From: Bacteroidales bacterium UBA1757
GTDB lineage: Bacteria > Bacteroidota > Bacteroidia > Bacteroidales > UBA1402
Length of the DNA stretch: 49,033 bases
Assembly: GCA_002315625.1 (NCBI GenBank)
Contig: DCHH01000025.1
Location: 1-49,033 of the forward strand
Direction: 5' to 3'
Positions 28,869-37,910 of this stretch are shown here, one piece after another. A program made the position numbers and the translations under genes. How positions within the stretch are numbered: the stretch's first letter is position 1; each line of letters opens with the position of its first letter. The notes beneath the pieces were generated by a model, which saw only the letters and a list, made by a program, of their open reading frames with translations, searched no databases and was not told the DNA's origin.

Positions 28869-29585
28869 ATGAACATAGCACTGATAGGATATGGCAAGAT
28901 GGGCCATGAGATTGAGCGTATTGCTCTGGAACGCGGACACAGCATTGCCTGCGCCATCGACATCAACAATACGGAACTTTTCGACTCTGAAGCCTTCAGG
29001 CGGGCAGATGTCGCCATCGAATTCACATCACCTTCCACAGCATACGGCAATTATATGAAGTGTTTTGCCGCACACATTCCCGTCGTTTCCGGCACAACCG
29101 GCTGGACTGCGCGCCTGCCTGAAATCAAGGCCATCTGCCAGCAGCAGGACCAGACTTTCTTCTACAGCTCAAACTTCAGCCTCGGGGTCAATATTTTCTT
29201 CGCAGTCAACCGCTTCCTGGCAGAAAAGATGAATGCTTTTCCGCAGTATGATGTGCGCATGAAGGAAATCCACCACCAGCAGAAGCTTGATGCCCCAAGC
29301 GGGACGGCCATCACCCTGGCCAACGACATCATTTCGGAACTTGGACGCAAGGACAAGTGGGTCGGCCACGAAGCGCAGAAAGACAACGAACTTGGTATTA
29401 CATCAGAACGTTACGGAACGGTTGCAGGATATCATGAAGTGGTTTATGAATCCGAGGTTGATTCTATCCGCATCATTCATGATGCCAAAAGCCGCGCCGG
29501 ATTCGCCTTAGGTGCAGTCATTGCCGCCGAGTATGCAGCAACTAAGAAAGGCTTTCTCGGCATGAAGGACCTGCTTGGATTCTGA
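28869..29585 (+). CDS. dapB: 4-hydroxy-tetrahydrodipicolinate reductase
   Basis: I chose the start at MNIALIGYGKMG (NAD(P)-binding Rossmann start). Contains EIHHQQKLDAPSGTA, the DapB signature. Confidence 0.92.
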   Translation: MNIALIGYGKMGHEIERIALERGHSIACAIDINNTELFDSEAFRRADVAIEFTSPSTAYGNYMKCFAAHIPVVSGTTGWTARLPEIKAICQQQDQTFFYSSNFSLGVNIFFAVNRFLAEKMNAFPQYDVRMKEIHHQQKLDAPSGTAITLANDIISELGRKDKWVGHEAQKDNELGITSERYGTVAGYHEVVYESEVDSIRIIHDAKSRAGFALGAVIAAEYAATKKGFLGMKDLLGF

Positions 29586-29604
29586 ACACATTATCAGCAA
29601 GATC

Positions 29605-31077
29605 ATGGACAACAATACTTCAGAGAATGGTCAGGAGACCAGGAAAAGTCGCCTGACGGCCCCAAAGGGACACTGGATAGTCTTCGGCATCTGGACAGCG
29701 GTCTTTATCGCCCTAGTGATATGGACACATAGTCTATGGTGGCTTCTGCCCATACCCTTCTCGTTCGACATACACATCACCCGCTTTCTTCCGTGGGGAT
29801 TCTGGAAAAAATGGGAAAACAGCTTCTGGCGTACCATTATGGACTGGGTGGATGCCATCCTCTACGCCCTTGTTGCCTGTTACTTCGTCTTCCTTTTTTT
29901 CTTCCAGAACTATCAGATACCCTCTTCATCGCTTGAGAAATCACTGTTGGTGGGCGATTTCCTGTTCGTCAGCAAAGTCAGCTACGGACCTCGCATGCCG
30001 TTCACCCCGCTTTCATTTCCACTTGCCCAGCACACCATGCCCCTCTCCGGGAACAAGTCATACATAGAGCGTCCCCAATGGGACTACAAGCGTCTGAAGG
30101 GAACTGGCAAAATCCAGCGCAAGGATATCGTAGTATTCAATTTCCCGACCGGTGACACGGTGGCCACCCTTATGGAGAACCCGGATTATTACACCATAAA
30201 ATACATGCTTCAAAAGGAGCGCAACATCTCGCCCATTCAGGCTGAGAAAGTCATCCGTGGCAACAAAAAACAATTCGGAGAAATCAAATGGCGTCCTGTC
30301 GATCGCCGCGAAAACTATGTAAAGCGTTGTGTCGGTCTGCCAGGTGATTCTTTGCAAATTATTGACAACCAGGTTTATATCAACGGGGAGCCATTAGCCG
30401 ATGAACCAGGTGTCCAGTACAACTATTTTATTCAGACCACCGGAGGCTTCCTTACAGAAAAACAGTTCGAGAACTGGGGTATCAGCAAGGATGACCGGTA
30501 CATGCTTCCCGATGACAATCCTCTGCCTGACCTGCTCGGTTTTGAGCGGGGTGAAGGGGGCGCTTCACTACCCGTATATCATATCCCGGCCACTCAGCAA
30601 ACAATCGAAAAGATACGGAAAGCCTCCTTTATCAAGGATGTCAGGCTTGAACCTGCCGATATCGGCCCGTACAGCATGGGGGGATATATGTTTCCATTAG
30701 ACGACCTGAACTCCTGGACCCGCGACAACTACGGCCCTCTATGGATACCTTGCAAGGGCGCCTCCATTCCCCTAAACTCATACAACGAAATGCTCTACGG
30801 CCGCGCCATACGCGTATATGAAGGACACACGCTCACCTGCAAAGAGGGCCGATACTTTCTTGACGGTGAAGAGGCAGATACCTATACGTTCGCAATGGAC
30901 TATTACTGGATGATGGGCGACAACCGTCACAACTCGGCCGACTCACGTTGCTGGGGCTTTGTCCCAGAAGACCACATAGTAGGCAAGCCACTCCGTGTAT
31001 GGTTGTCGTTAAACAAGGACAAGGACTGGTTCCACGGGAAAATCCGCTGGAGCCGTTTCATGCACAAGGCGCAGTGA
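29605..31077 (+). CDS. lepB: signal peptidase I
   Basis: Large Bacteroidota-type LepB. Catalytic Ser region IPSSSLEKSLLVGDF, Lys box YVKRCVGLPGD, and MMGDNRHNSADSR box E. Confidence 0.9.
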   Translation: MDNNTSENGQETRKSRLTAPKGHWIVFGIWTAVFIALVIWTHSLWWLLPIPFSFDIHITRFLPWGFWKKWENSFWRTIMDWVDAILYALVACYFVFLFFFQNYQIPSSSLEKSLLVGDFLFVSKVSYGPRMPFTPLSFPLAQHTMPLSGNKSYIERPQWDYKRLKGTGKIQRKDIVVFNFPTGDTVATLMENPDYYTIKYMLQKERNISPIQAEKVIRGNKKQFGEIKWRPVDRRENYVKRCVGLPGDSLQIIDNQVYINGEPLADEPGVQYNYFIQTTGGFLTEKQFENWGISKDDRYMLPDDNPLPDLLGFERGEGGASLPVYHIPATQQTIEKIRKASFIKDVRLEPADIGPYSMGGYMFPLDDLNSWTRDNYGPLWIPCKGASIPLNSYNEMLYGRAIRVYEGHTLTCKEGRYFLDGEEADTYTFAMDYYWMMGDNRHNSADSRCWGFVPEDHIVGKPLRVWLSLNKDKDWFHGKIRWSRFMHKAQ

Positions 31078-31745
31078 CCATCATTTTTTCTACAGCCTAT
31101 TTCGCCCCGGTATCATACTACGCGTGCCTGCTCAGTTGCGATTCCGCTCTGATGGGAAAATTCCGTTCAACTCCCAACACGGCATGTATCGAACAGTTTG
31201 AACATTACCACAAACAGACATACCGCAACCGGTGTACAATCTCAGCCGCCAACGGTCCATTGTCGCTCAGCGTTCCCGTCATCCTGAAAAATGACCAGCC
31301 GATACGCGACGTACGCATCGACTACCGCACCAGTTGGCAGCACCAGCACTGGAACAGCATAGAGTCGGCTTACAGCACAACTCCCTTCTTTGAGTATTAC
31401 CAGGACGACCTCCTTCCAGTTTTTAACCAGCGGCACGAATTCCTTTTCGACAAGGACGAAGCCCTTCGCGAGACAATCTGCAGCCTGCTCGGTATCCATC
31501 CTACACTGACATTTTCAGACGACTATCTGTCCGAAACAGCTGCCGCAACAGCCGATGGAATCATTGACCTACGCAACACCATTCATCCTAAAAAAACTGT
31601 TTCCATATCAAATTATACATCCCTTCCATATCCTCAGGTCTTCGATGACCGTTTCGGTTTCCAGCCGGAGCTGTCAATTCTTGACCTCCTTTTTAATAAG
31701 GGGCCGGAGGCTTTGCTGATACTGAAGGATTCCATACCATCATGA
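31074..31745 (+). CDS. WbqC family protein
   Basis: TAYFAPVSYY...HYHKQTYRNRC...NGPLSLSVPV is typical of WbqC-like proteins. I infer a GTG start at 31074 overlapping the lepB stop (GTGA). The track start at 30948 lies inside lepB. Confidence 0.7.
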   Translation: MTIIFSTAYFAPVSYYACLLSCDSALMGKFRSTPNTACIEQFEHYHKQTYRNRCTISAANGPLSLSVPVILKNDQPIRDVRIDYRTSWQHQHWNSIESAYSTTPFFEYYQDDLLPVFNQRHEFLFDKDEALRETICSLLGIHPTLTFSDDYLSETAAATADGIIDLRNTIHPKKTVSISNYTSLPYPQVFDDRFGFQPELSILDLLFNKGPEALLILKDSIPS

Positions 31746-32980
31746 ACACTACCGAATTGCACCTGAAACAATTGCCCAACGGACTGCGCTGCATATCACA
31801 GCTTTCGTCGGGCGATGTATGCGTATGCGGATTTGCCGTCGGAGCAGGCACACGCGATGAATACGACAACGAGCAGGGTATTGCCCACTTTACCGAGCAC
31901 ATGCTCTTCAAGGGAACTACAAAGCGTTCCTCCTACCGGATTCTTGACCGGCTGGGATGTGTCGGCAGCGAGGTGAATGCCTATACAACAAAAGAAGAAA
32001 TATTCCTTTATTCCATCTGTCTTGCCAAGGACTACGAACGGGCTCTCGAACTGATGTGCGACATGCTATTCCATTCGGCCTTCCCGGCCCATGAAATCGA
32101 AAACGAGCGCGACGTCGTACTTGATGAAATAAATGTCTATGAGGATTCACCTTCAGAACTGATATTCGACGATTTCGAACGTTATCTCTTTGAAGGTCAT
32201 CCGTTCGGGCGCAACATCTTAGGCACTCCGAAATGCCTGCAGGAAATAACCACAGAAAGCTTTCAGGCCTTCACGGAACGTTGCTTCACGACAGACCGCA
32301 TTGTATATTTCTCATTGTCACCCCTTTCGGAGAAACAGACCGACAAACTGGTCGGAAAATATCTGTCAGGTATCGCCGACACGTCGTCCCGTTCAATGCT
32401 CCCTTCCCGTACCTCCCCCTCTATTGTAAAAGGAATGCGCCTGACATTGGAGAAGAACACTCACCAGGCACACGTGCTGTACGGCAATCAGGCATACTCC
32501 TTGTATGACGACAAACGGATGGTGCTCTACCTGTTGAACAACATTCTGGGCGGCCCAGGCATGAACAGCCGGCTTAACAATATACTTCGCGAACACAACG
32601 GTCTGGTCTATACTGTCGAGTCGATGGCAAACTCCTACAGCGACACAGGTCTGTTTTCCATCTATTTCGGTTCAGACATAAAAGACATGGACCGGTGCCT
32701 GACAATAATCGACCGCGAACTGCGCAAGCTGAGGGAAACGGCACTTACCGCCACACAGCTTGCAGCGGCCAAGAAGCAGCTTTTCGGCCAGCTGGCCATA
32801 GCCTCGGAAAGCAAGGAATCACAAGCCCTGAGCATGGGCAAAAGCATGCTTTACTACAACAACTGCGAGTCTCTTTCGGAACTTTTCGCCAAGCTTGAAG
32901 CCATTACCTCCACGCAGATTCTGGAGACAGCCAACGAAATCTTCGATAGTGACAGGATGTCCATCCTCGCATACAAATGA
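31742..32980 (+). CDS. M16 family (pitrilysin/insulinase-like) zinc peptidase
   Basis: Inverted zincin motif HFTEH in GIAHFTEHMLFKGT, with a downstream Glu (EINVYED). The ATG overlaps the wbqC stop (ATGA). Confidence 0.85.
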   Translation: MNTTELHLKQLPNGLRCISQLSSGDVCVCGFAVGAGTRDEYDNEQGIAHFTEHMLFKGTTKRSSYRILDRLGCVGSEVNAYTTKEEIFLYSICLAKDYERALELMCDMLFHSAFPAHEIENERDVVLDEINVYEDSPSELIFDDFERYLFEGHPFGRNILGTPKCLQEITTESFQAFTERCFTTDRIVYFSLSPLSEKQTDKLVGKYLSGIADTSSRSMLPSRTSPSIVKGMRLTLEKNTHQAHVLYGNQAYSLYDDKRMVLYLLNNILGGPGMNSRLNNILREHNGLVYTVESMANSYSDTGLFSIYFGSDIKDMDRCLTIIDRELRKLRETALTATQLAAAKKQLFGQLAIASESKESQALSMGKSMLYYNNCESLSELFAKLEAITSTQILETANEIFDSDRMSILAYK

Positions 32981-32991
32981 ATTTAAGTTTC

Positions 32992-33045
32992 GCGTGTGCA
33001 AAACTCAAAAAAAACGGCACACACGCTTTTTTCACGTATGTGCCG
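32992..33045. terminator. overlapping bidirectional terminators between the M16 peptidase gene and the response regulator gene
   Basis: Plus strand: GCGTGTG/CACACGC followed by T6 (33027-33032). Minus strand: CGGCACA/TGTGCCG hairpin (33015-33045) followed by U8 (the A8 at 33007-33014 on the plus strand). Confidence 0.7.
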
Positions 33046-33067
33046 GTTTATTTTCAATACTTGTGGT

Positions 33068-33751
33068 TTACAGTTCCGTGAACTTGTATCCAACGCCTTT
33101 GACAGTAACGATATAGTCCTCTCCGATTTTCTCACGGATTTTCCTAATGTGGACATCAATGGTACGGTCGCCGACCACAAGGCGGTTGCCCCAAACCAGA
33201 CGGAAAATATCCTCACGTGTAAATACCTTATCGGGCTTTGAGGAGAGCAGCATGAGCAGCTCGAACTCCTTGCGCGGCATGACGATTTCGCGGCCATCGA
33301 CAAAAACCATGTAGCGTTCACGGTCAATCATGAACCCCTTAGAAGGAACCTGCGACACAGCATGGGCGTAAGGCTTAAGGATGCGTGAAATACGCTGGTT
33401 GATAAGGTTCACATTGGTATCGCGAGTACCGAACTCATCAACACCAGCCATAAAAAGGGTCCACTGCTCTTCGAAGTTCTTGTTGTTGTCAATGAGAAAG
33501 TACAGTTCGAAATTGGTTTCGTCCTTGATTTTCTTGATTTTCTTGCAGAATTCAAGCGCACGGGCATCGTCCGACGGGGTGTCGATGACAACCAAGCACG
33601 GATTTTCGTCAACCACATAGTCAACGGCCTTCTGCACGTTGTTGGTAATCTCATGAGTAATACACGACTCCGCGAGGTAGTCATTGAGCTGAGAGGCTAT
33701 GGCAGCCGTCTTGGCTGAAAAAATCAGCACACAATTGTTTAAAATTTTCAT
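33068..33751 (-). CDS. OmpR/PhoB-family winged-helix transcription regulator with an atypical receiver domain
   Basis: The C-terminal trans_reg_C signature is intact (PRKEFELLMLLSSKP...VWG...DRTIDVHIRKIREKI...TVKGVGYKF). The N-terminal receiver-like fold lacks the acidic pair. See findings. Confidence 0.85.
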   Translation of the reverse strand: MKILNNCVLIFSAKTAAIASQLNDYLAESCITHEITNNVQKAVDYVVDENPCLVVIDTPSDDARALEFCKKIKKIKDETNFELYFLIDNNKNFEEQWTLFMAGVDEFGTRDTNVNLINQRISRILKPYAHAVSQVPSKGFMIDRERYMVFVDGREIVMPRKEFELLMLLSSKPDKVFTREDIFRLVWGNRLVVGDRTIDVHIRKIREKIGEDYIVTVKGVGYKFTEL

Positions 33752-33798
33752 TGTATTGTATCTATTATGATATTAATGACAAAGTAATTTTCTGACCG

Positions 33799-33806
33799 CA
33801 AAAATA
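33799..33806 (-). promoter_or_regulatory. -7 box (TATTTTTG on the minus strand) for the response regulator gene
   Basis: The plus strand reads CAAAAATA, the reverse complement of TAnnTTTG. Lies about 48 nt upstream of the start at 33751. Confidence 0.4.
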
Positions 33807-33851
33807 ACGTGAAGTTTTTTTTGAATCAAGAGTTATGTCCATATTTTGTCG

Positions 33852-33859
33852 TATTTTTG
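33852..33859 (+). promoter_or_regulatory. -7 promoter box (TATTTTTG) for tyrS
   Basis: Matches TAnnTTTG, 39 nt upstream of the tyrS ATG. Confidence 0.45.
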
Positions 33860-33897
33860 TGGCGGAAATTTCACAAAACACATAAAATTAGATAAAA

Positions 33898-35190
33898 ATG
33901 AATTTTATTGAAGAACTGAAATGGCGAGGCATGATTCACAGTATGATGCCAGGGACGGAAGAAATCCTCAACAAAGAGATGGTCACCGCATACGTCGGCA
34001 TCGACCCGACCGCCGACTCGCTGCATATCGGTCATCTCTGCGGCATTATGATGCTGCGTCACTTGCAGCGTTGCGGCCATAAGCCCCTTGCCCTCATCGG
34101 CGGTGCCACCGGCATGATTGGCGACCCCAGCGGCAAGAGCCAGGAACGTAATCTGCTCAATGAAGAGACCCTTCGTCACAATGTGGAATGCATCAAGAAG
34201 CAGCTCAGTCATTTCCTGGATTTCGACAGCGATGCCCCAAACCATGCTGAGCTGGTCAACAATTATGACTGGATGAAGAATTTCACTTTCCTCGACTTCG
34301 CACGCGAAATCGGCAAGCACATTACGGTCAACTACATGATGGCCAAGGATTCTGTCCAGAAGCGTCTGAACGGTGAAGCCCGTGACGGTCTTTCATTCAC
34401 CGAATTCACCTACCAGCTGCTCCAGGGATACGATTTCCTTTACCTCAATGAGCATAAAAACTGCAAGTTGCAGATGGGTGGAAGCGACCAGTGGGGTAAC
34501 ATCACCACGGGTGCCGAACTCATCCGTCGCACCTCCGGAAACGAAGTCTATGCCCTTACCTGCCCCCTCATCACAAAGGCTGACGGCGGCAAGTTCGGCA
34601 AAACCGAGAGCGGCAATGTATGGCTTAGCCCTGAATATACTTCACCTTATACATTCTATCAGTTCTGGCTGAATGTAAGCGACGAAGATGCTGCCAAGTA
34701 CATAAAGATTTTCACTTCCCTTCCTAAGGATGAAATCGATGCCCTCATCACTGAACACGCCGAAGCTCCTCACCTCCGCCTGCTCCAGAAGCGTCTGGCC
34801 AAGGAAGTCACAGTTATGGTTCACAGCGAGGAAGACTACAATGCAGCCGTCGAGGCAAGCGGTATCCTCTTTGGAAACAATACGCATGATGCCCTTATGA
34901 AGCTCGACGAACGGATGCTGCTGGCCATTATGGACGGTGTTCCCCAATTCGAAGTTTCCCGCGATGCCATTGCAGCCGGTATCCGCTGTGTTGACCTGCT
35001 CACCGACCAGGCAGCAGTCTTCCCCTCCAAGGGCGAGATGCGCAAGATGTCACAAGGCGGCGGTGTATCCATTAATAAGGAGAAACTTGATGCCTTCGAC
35101 CAGACAATCGATGCCTCATACCTACTGAACGGCAAATACATCGTGGCCCAAAAAGGCAAAAAGAACTACTATCTGCTTATCGCGAAATAA
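33898..35190 (+). CDS. tyrS: tyrosine--tRNA ligase
   Basis: HIGH motif (SLHIGHL), KMSKS-type KFGKT, and a C-terminal S4-like domain. Confidence 0.96.
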   Translation: MNFIEELKWRGMIHSMMPGTEEILNKEMVTAYVGIDPTADSLHIGHLCGIMMLRHLQRCGHKPLALIGGATGMIGDPSGKSQERNLLNEETLRHNVECIKKQLSHFLDFDSDAPNHAELVNNYDWMKNFTFLDFAREIGKHITVNYMMAKDSVQKRLNGEARDGLSFTEFTYQLLQGYDFLYLNEHKNCKLQMGGSDQWGNITTGAELIRRTSGNEVYALTCPLITKADGGKFGKTESGNVWLSPEYTSPYTFYQFWLNVSDEDAAKYIKIFTSLPKDEIDALITEHAEAPHLRLLQKRLAKEVTVMVHSEEDYNAAVEASGILFGNNTHDALMKLDERMLLAIMDGVPQFEVSRDAIAAGIRCVDLLTDQAAVFPSKGEMRKMSQGGGVSINKEKLDAFDQTIDASYLLNGKYIVAQKGKKNYYLLIAK

Positions 35191-35230
35191 TTTTTTGGCA
35201 TGATATTGCGAAGGTGAGCATTTTTTCGCT

Positions 35231-35238
35231 TACCTTTG
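35231..35238 (+). promoter_or_regulatory. -7 promoter box (TACCTTTG) for tRNA-Gln
   Basis: Matches TAnnTTTG, 31 nt upstream of the mature tRNA 5' end. Confidence 0.45.
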
Positions 35239-35268
35239 CGGCGCTTTTGTAAGGAAAGCGTTTAGGAT

Positions 35269-35339
35269 TGTCCAATGGTGTAATGGTAGCACTGCAGTTT
35301 TTGGTACTGCCTGTGGTGGTTCGAATCCGCCTTGGACAA
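35269..35339 (+). tRNA. tRNA-Gln (anticodon TTG)
   Basis: Folded by hand. Acceptor TGTCCAA/TTGGACA. D arm GTGT-AATGGTA-GCAC. Anticodon arm GCAGT-TTTTGGT-ACTGC, with TTG at positions 34-36. T arm GGTGG-TTCGAAT-CCGCC. CCA is not encoded. Confidence 0.88.
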
Positions 35340-35372
35340 CAAGAGAGAGGCCACAGCCTCTCTCTTGTTGTC
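35335..35372 (+). terminator. perfect 16-bp hairpin overlapping the tRNA-Gln 3' end
   Basis: GACAACAAGAGAGAGG (35335-35350), loop CCACAG, CCTCTCTCTTGTTGTC (35357-35372). No clear T-tract follows. Confidence 0.55.
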
Positions 35373-35536
35373 TGCCCTTGTCTATCCCCCAAATCAGCGT
35401 TGCTGATTTCGCCCCCAAAGGGGGCTGCTTAGTCCCATCTTCAAACTTCATCGCTGTTATCTTTAGGCGAATGCATAATATGCAAAATCCTATTGATTTT
35501 TATGCAAAAATATTTGGCCGGGTAAAAAATTATGTA

Positions 35537-35544
35537 TAATTTTG
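35537..35544 (+). promoter_or_regulatory. -7 promoter box (TAATTTTG) for the argR operon
   Basis: Matches TAnnTTTG, 46 nt upstream of the argR ATG. Confidence 0.45.
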
Positions 35545-35554
35545 CACCGTTTTT

Positions 35555-35567
35555 TGAATAACATTCA
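35555..35567 (+). promoter_or_regulatory. ARG-box-like palindrome TGAATAACATTCA (candidate ArgR operator)
   Basis: Perfect TGAAT/ATTCA half-sites 11 nt downstream of the -7 box. A weaker related site, TGTATAATTTTGCA, lies at 35533-35546 and overlaps the -7 box. Confidence 0.4.
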
Positions 35568-35589
35568 CAATCGAAATAAACCAAACCCG

Positions 35590-36072
35590 ATGAAGAACAA
35601 ATCCAACCGTCTGAAAAGTATCCGTAAAATCGTGCATGAGAGCAAGATCGGAAGTCAGGAAGAATTACTCCAGTACCTTTCTCAAGAGGGATTTGCCTTG
35701 ACACAGGCCACCTTGTCGAGAGACCTTAAACAATTGAAAATTGCAAAGATGCCCGACTATGAAGGCGGGTATATCTATGTACTGCCCGAAGAGAACTCAC
35801 CGCTAGGCAAGACCGCACGGATGAAGGCTCCTGATTCACATTTTGTATCTGCCGGATATCTGTCGCTCGATTTTTGCGGCCAGTTCGCCGTAGTCAAGAC
35901 CAAGCCGGCATACGCTGGAGGTATTGCGGCCGAAATCGACCGCCGCTGCTCGACAAAGAACATTCTGGGCACAATAGCTGGCGATGACACCATCCTTGTT
36001 ATTCCCAAAGACGGACTGGAGCGTCGCAAAATCATGAAGACACTAGCAGAAGTATTACCAATAAACATATAA
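35590..36072 (+). CDS. argR: arginine repressor
   Basis: I chose the start at MKNKSNRLKSIRKIV. The N-terminal winged-helix (QEELLQYLSQEGFALTQATLSRDLKQL) and C-terminal GTIAGDDTILV oligomerisation/arginine-binding motif are present. Confidence 0.92.
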   Translation: MKNKSNRLKSIRKIVHESKIGSQEELLQYLSQEGFALTQATLSRDLKQLKIAKMPDYEGGYIYVLPEENSPLGKTARMKAPDSHFVSAGYLSLDFCGQFAVVKTKPAYAGGIAAEIDRRCSTKNILGTIAGDDTILVIPKDGLERRKIMKTLAEVLPINI

Positions 36073-36098
36073 AAGTCCTTTATAAACACCTTATTATA

Positions 36099-36656
36099 AT
36101 GGAAGAGAAAAATGAAATCGAGGTGATGGTGGCAAATGAATCACATCTGCCATACGTTGACACCATCCTGACGACAATCGCCGAAGCGGCGAAGGTCAGG
36201 GGAACGGGCATCGCCAAGCGTACCCATGAATACGTAGCACAGAAGATGCTCGAGGGGAAAGCCATCATCGCCATGGACGGAAACAAGTTTGCAGGTTTCT
36301 GTTACATCGAAAGCTGGGGCGACAAGCATTTTGTTGCCAATTCGGGACTGATTGTCGTACCCGATTACCGCGGTCAGGGTCTGGCCAAACGAATCAAGAA
36401 AAAAGCCTTTGAGCTCTCACGCGAACGTTTCCCTCAGGCAAAGCTTTTCGGTCTGACAACCGGTGCAGCCGTTATGAAAATCAACAACGAACTGGGCTAC
36501 CGTCCTGTCACTTTCGCCGAACTTACAGATGACGAAGCATTCTGGAAAGGCTGCCAAAGCTGTGTGAACTACCCGATTCTGGTTGACAAGAACCGACGTT
36601 TCTGTATGTGCACAGCCATGCTATACGACCCAGAGGAGCATAAAGAAAACAAATAA
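36099..36656 (+). CDS. GNAT family N-acyltransferase in the arginine operon
   Basis: 185 aa. Acyl-CoA binding motif A, RGQGLAKRI. Sits between argR and argG. Confidence 0.8.
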   Translation: MEEKNEIEVMVANESHLPYVDTILTTIAEAAKVRGTGIAKRTHEYVAQKMLEGKAIIAMDGNKFAGFCYIESWGDKHFVANSGLIVVPDYRGQGLAKRIKKKAFELSRERFPQAKLFGLTTGAAVMKINNELGYRPVTFAELTDDEAFWKGCQSCVNYPILVDKNRRFCMCTAMLYDPEEHKENK

Positions 36657-36695
36657 AAGACTATAAAAGACGAAGATTTTATCATTCTGAAAATC

Positions 36696-37910
36696 ATGAA
36701 AGAAAAAGTAGTACTGGCATTCAGTGGTGGATTGGACACATCATTCTGTGTAAAATATCTGACTGAAGAAAAAGGATACGAAGTATATACAGCCATCGCC
36801 AACACAGGCGGATTCAGCGATGAGGAACTGGCGGTCATCGAGCAGAAAGCCTACAAGCTCGGAGCAAAGCAGCACGTCACGCTTGATATTACACGCGATT
36901 ATTACGAGAAGAGCATCAAGTATATGGTGTTCGGCAACATACTGCGTAACGGCACATACCCGATTTCGGTAAGTTCCGAGCGCACCTTCCAAGCCATAGC
37001 CATCATCAACTATGCAAAAAAGATAGGCGCAAAATATGTCGCCCACGGCAGTACTGGTGCAGGTAACGACCAGGTCCGTTTCGACCTCACCTTCCAGATT
37101 CTTGCCCCGGAAATCGGCATCATCACCCCGACCCGCGACATGATTCTGACACGCGACTATGAAATTAACTACCTCAAGGAGCACGGCTATGTGGCCGACT
37201 TCAAGAAGATGGAATACTCCATCAATAAGGGCCTTTGGGGTACATCCATAGGTGGAAAGGAGACGTTGAAATCAAATCAGACCCTCCCCGAGGAGGCATA
37301 CCCTTCACAAATCGTAAAGAACGGGAGCGAAAAGATGACCATCACCTTCGAAAAGGGTGAAATTGCGGCCGTTAATGGCGAAAAGTTTGAGAATCAAGTT
37401 GATGCCATCCGCAAGGTCGAGGTCATAGGCTCTGCATACGGCATCGGACGTGATATGCATATCGGCGATACCATCATCGGTATTAAGGGTCGTGTAGGCT
37501 TCGAAGCTGCCGGTCCGCTGCTCATTATCAACGCCCATAAAATGCTTGAGAAGCACTGCCTGACCAAATGGCAGCAGTACTGGAAAGACCAGATAGGCAC
37601 ATGGTACGGTATGTTTCTGCACGAGGCCCAGTACCTTGATCCCGTCATGCGCGACATGGAAGCCTTCCTGCAGCATTCACAGGAGAACGTCAACGGAACA
37701 GTCTCTATTGAACTTCGTCCACGCTGCTACACCCTTATCGGCGTTGAAAGCGACTACGACCTGATGAAGACCGACTTCGGCGAGTATGGCGAAGTGAACA
37801 AAGCATGGGATGCCAACGATATGAAAGGCTTCACCAAGATTCTCGGCAACCAGATGAAGATTTACTACAACGTACAGAAACGCGTTGGAAAAGGTCTTGA
37901 AAATGATTAA
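36696..37910 (+). CDS. argG: argininosuccinate synthase
   Basis: N-terminal AFSGGLDTS ATP-pyrophosphatase motif and HGSTGAGNDQVRF. Confidence 0.96.
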   Translation: MKEKVVLAFSGGLDTSFCVKYLTEEKGYEVYTAIANTGGFSDEELAVIEQKAYKLGAKQHVTLDITRDYYEKSIKYMVFGNILRNGTYPISVSSERTFQAIAIINYAKKIGAKYVAHGSTGAGNDQVRFDLTFQILAPEIGIITPTRDMILTRDYEINYLKEHGYVADFKKMEYSINKGLWGTSIGGKETLKSNQTLPEEAYPSQIVKNGSEKMTITFEKGEIAAVNGEKFENQVDAIRKVEVIGSAYGIGRDMHIGDTIIGIKGRVGFEAAGPLLIINAHKMLEKHCLTKWQQYWKDQIGTWYGMFLHEAQYLDPVMRDMEAFLQHSQENVNGTVSIELRPRCYTLIGVESDYDLMKTDFGEYGEVNKAWDANDMKGFTKILGNQMKIYYNVQKRVGKGLEND

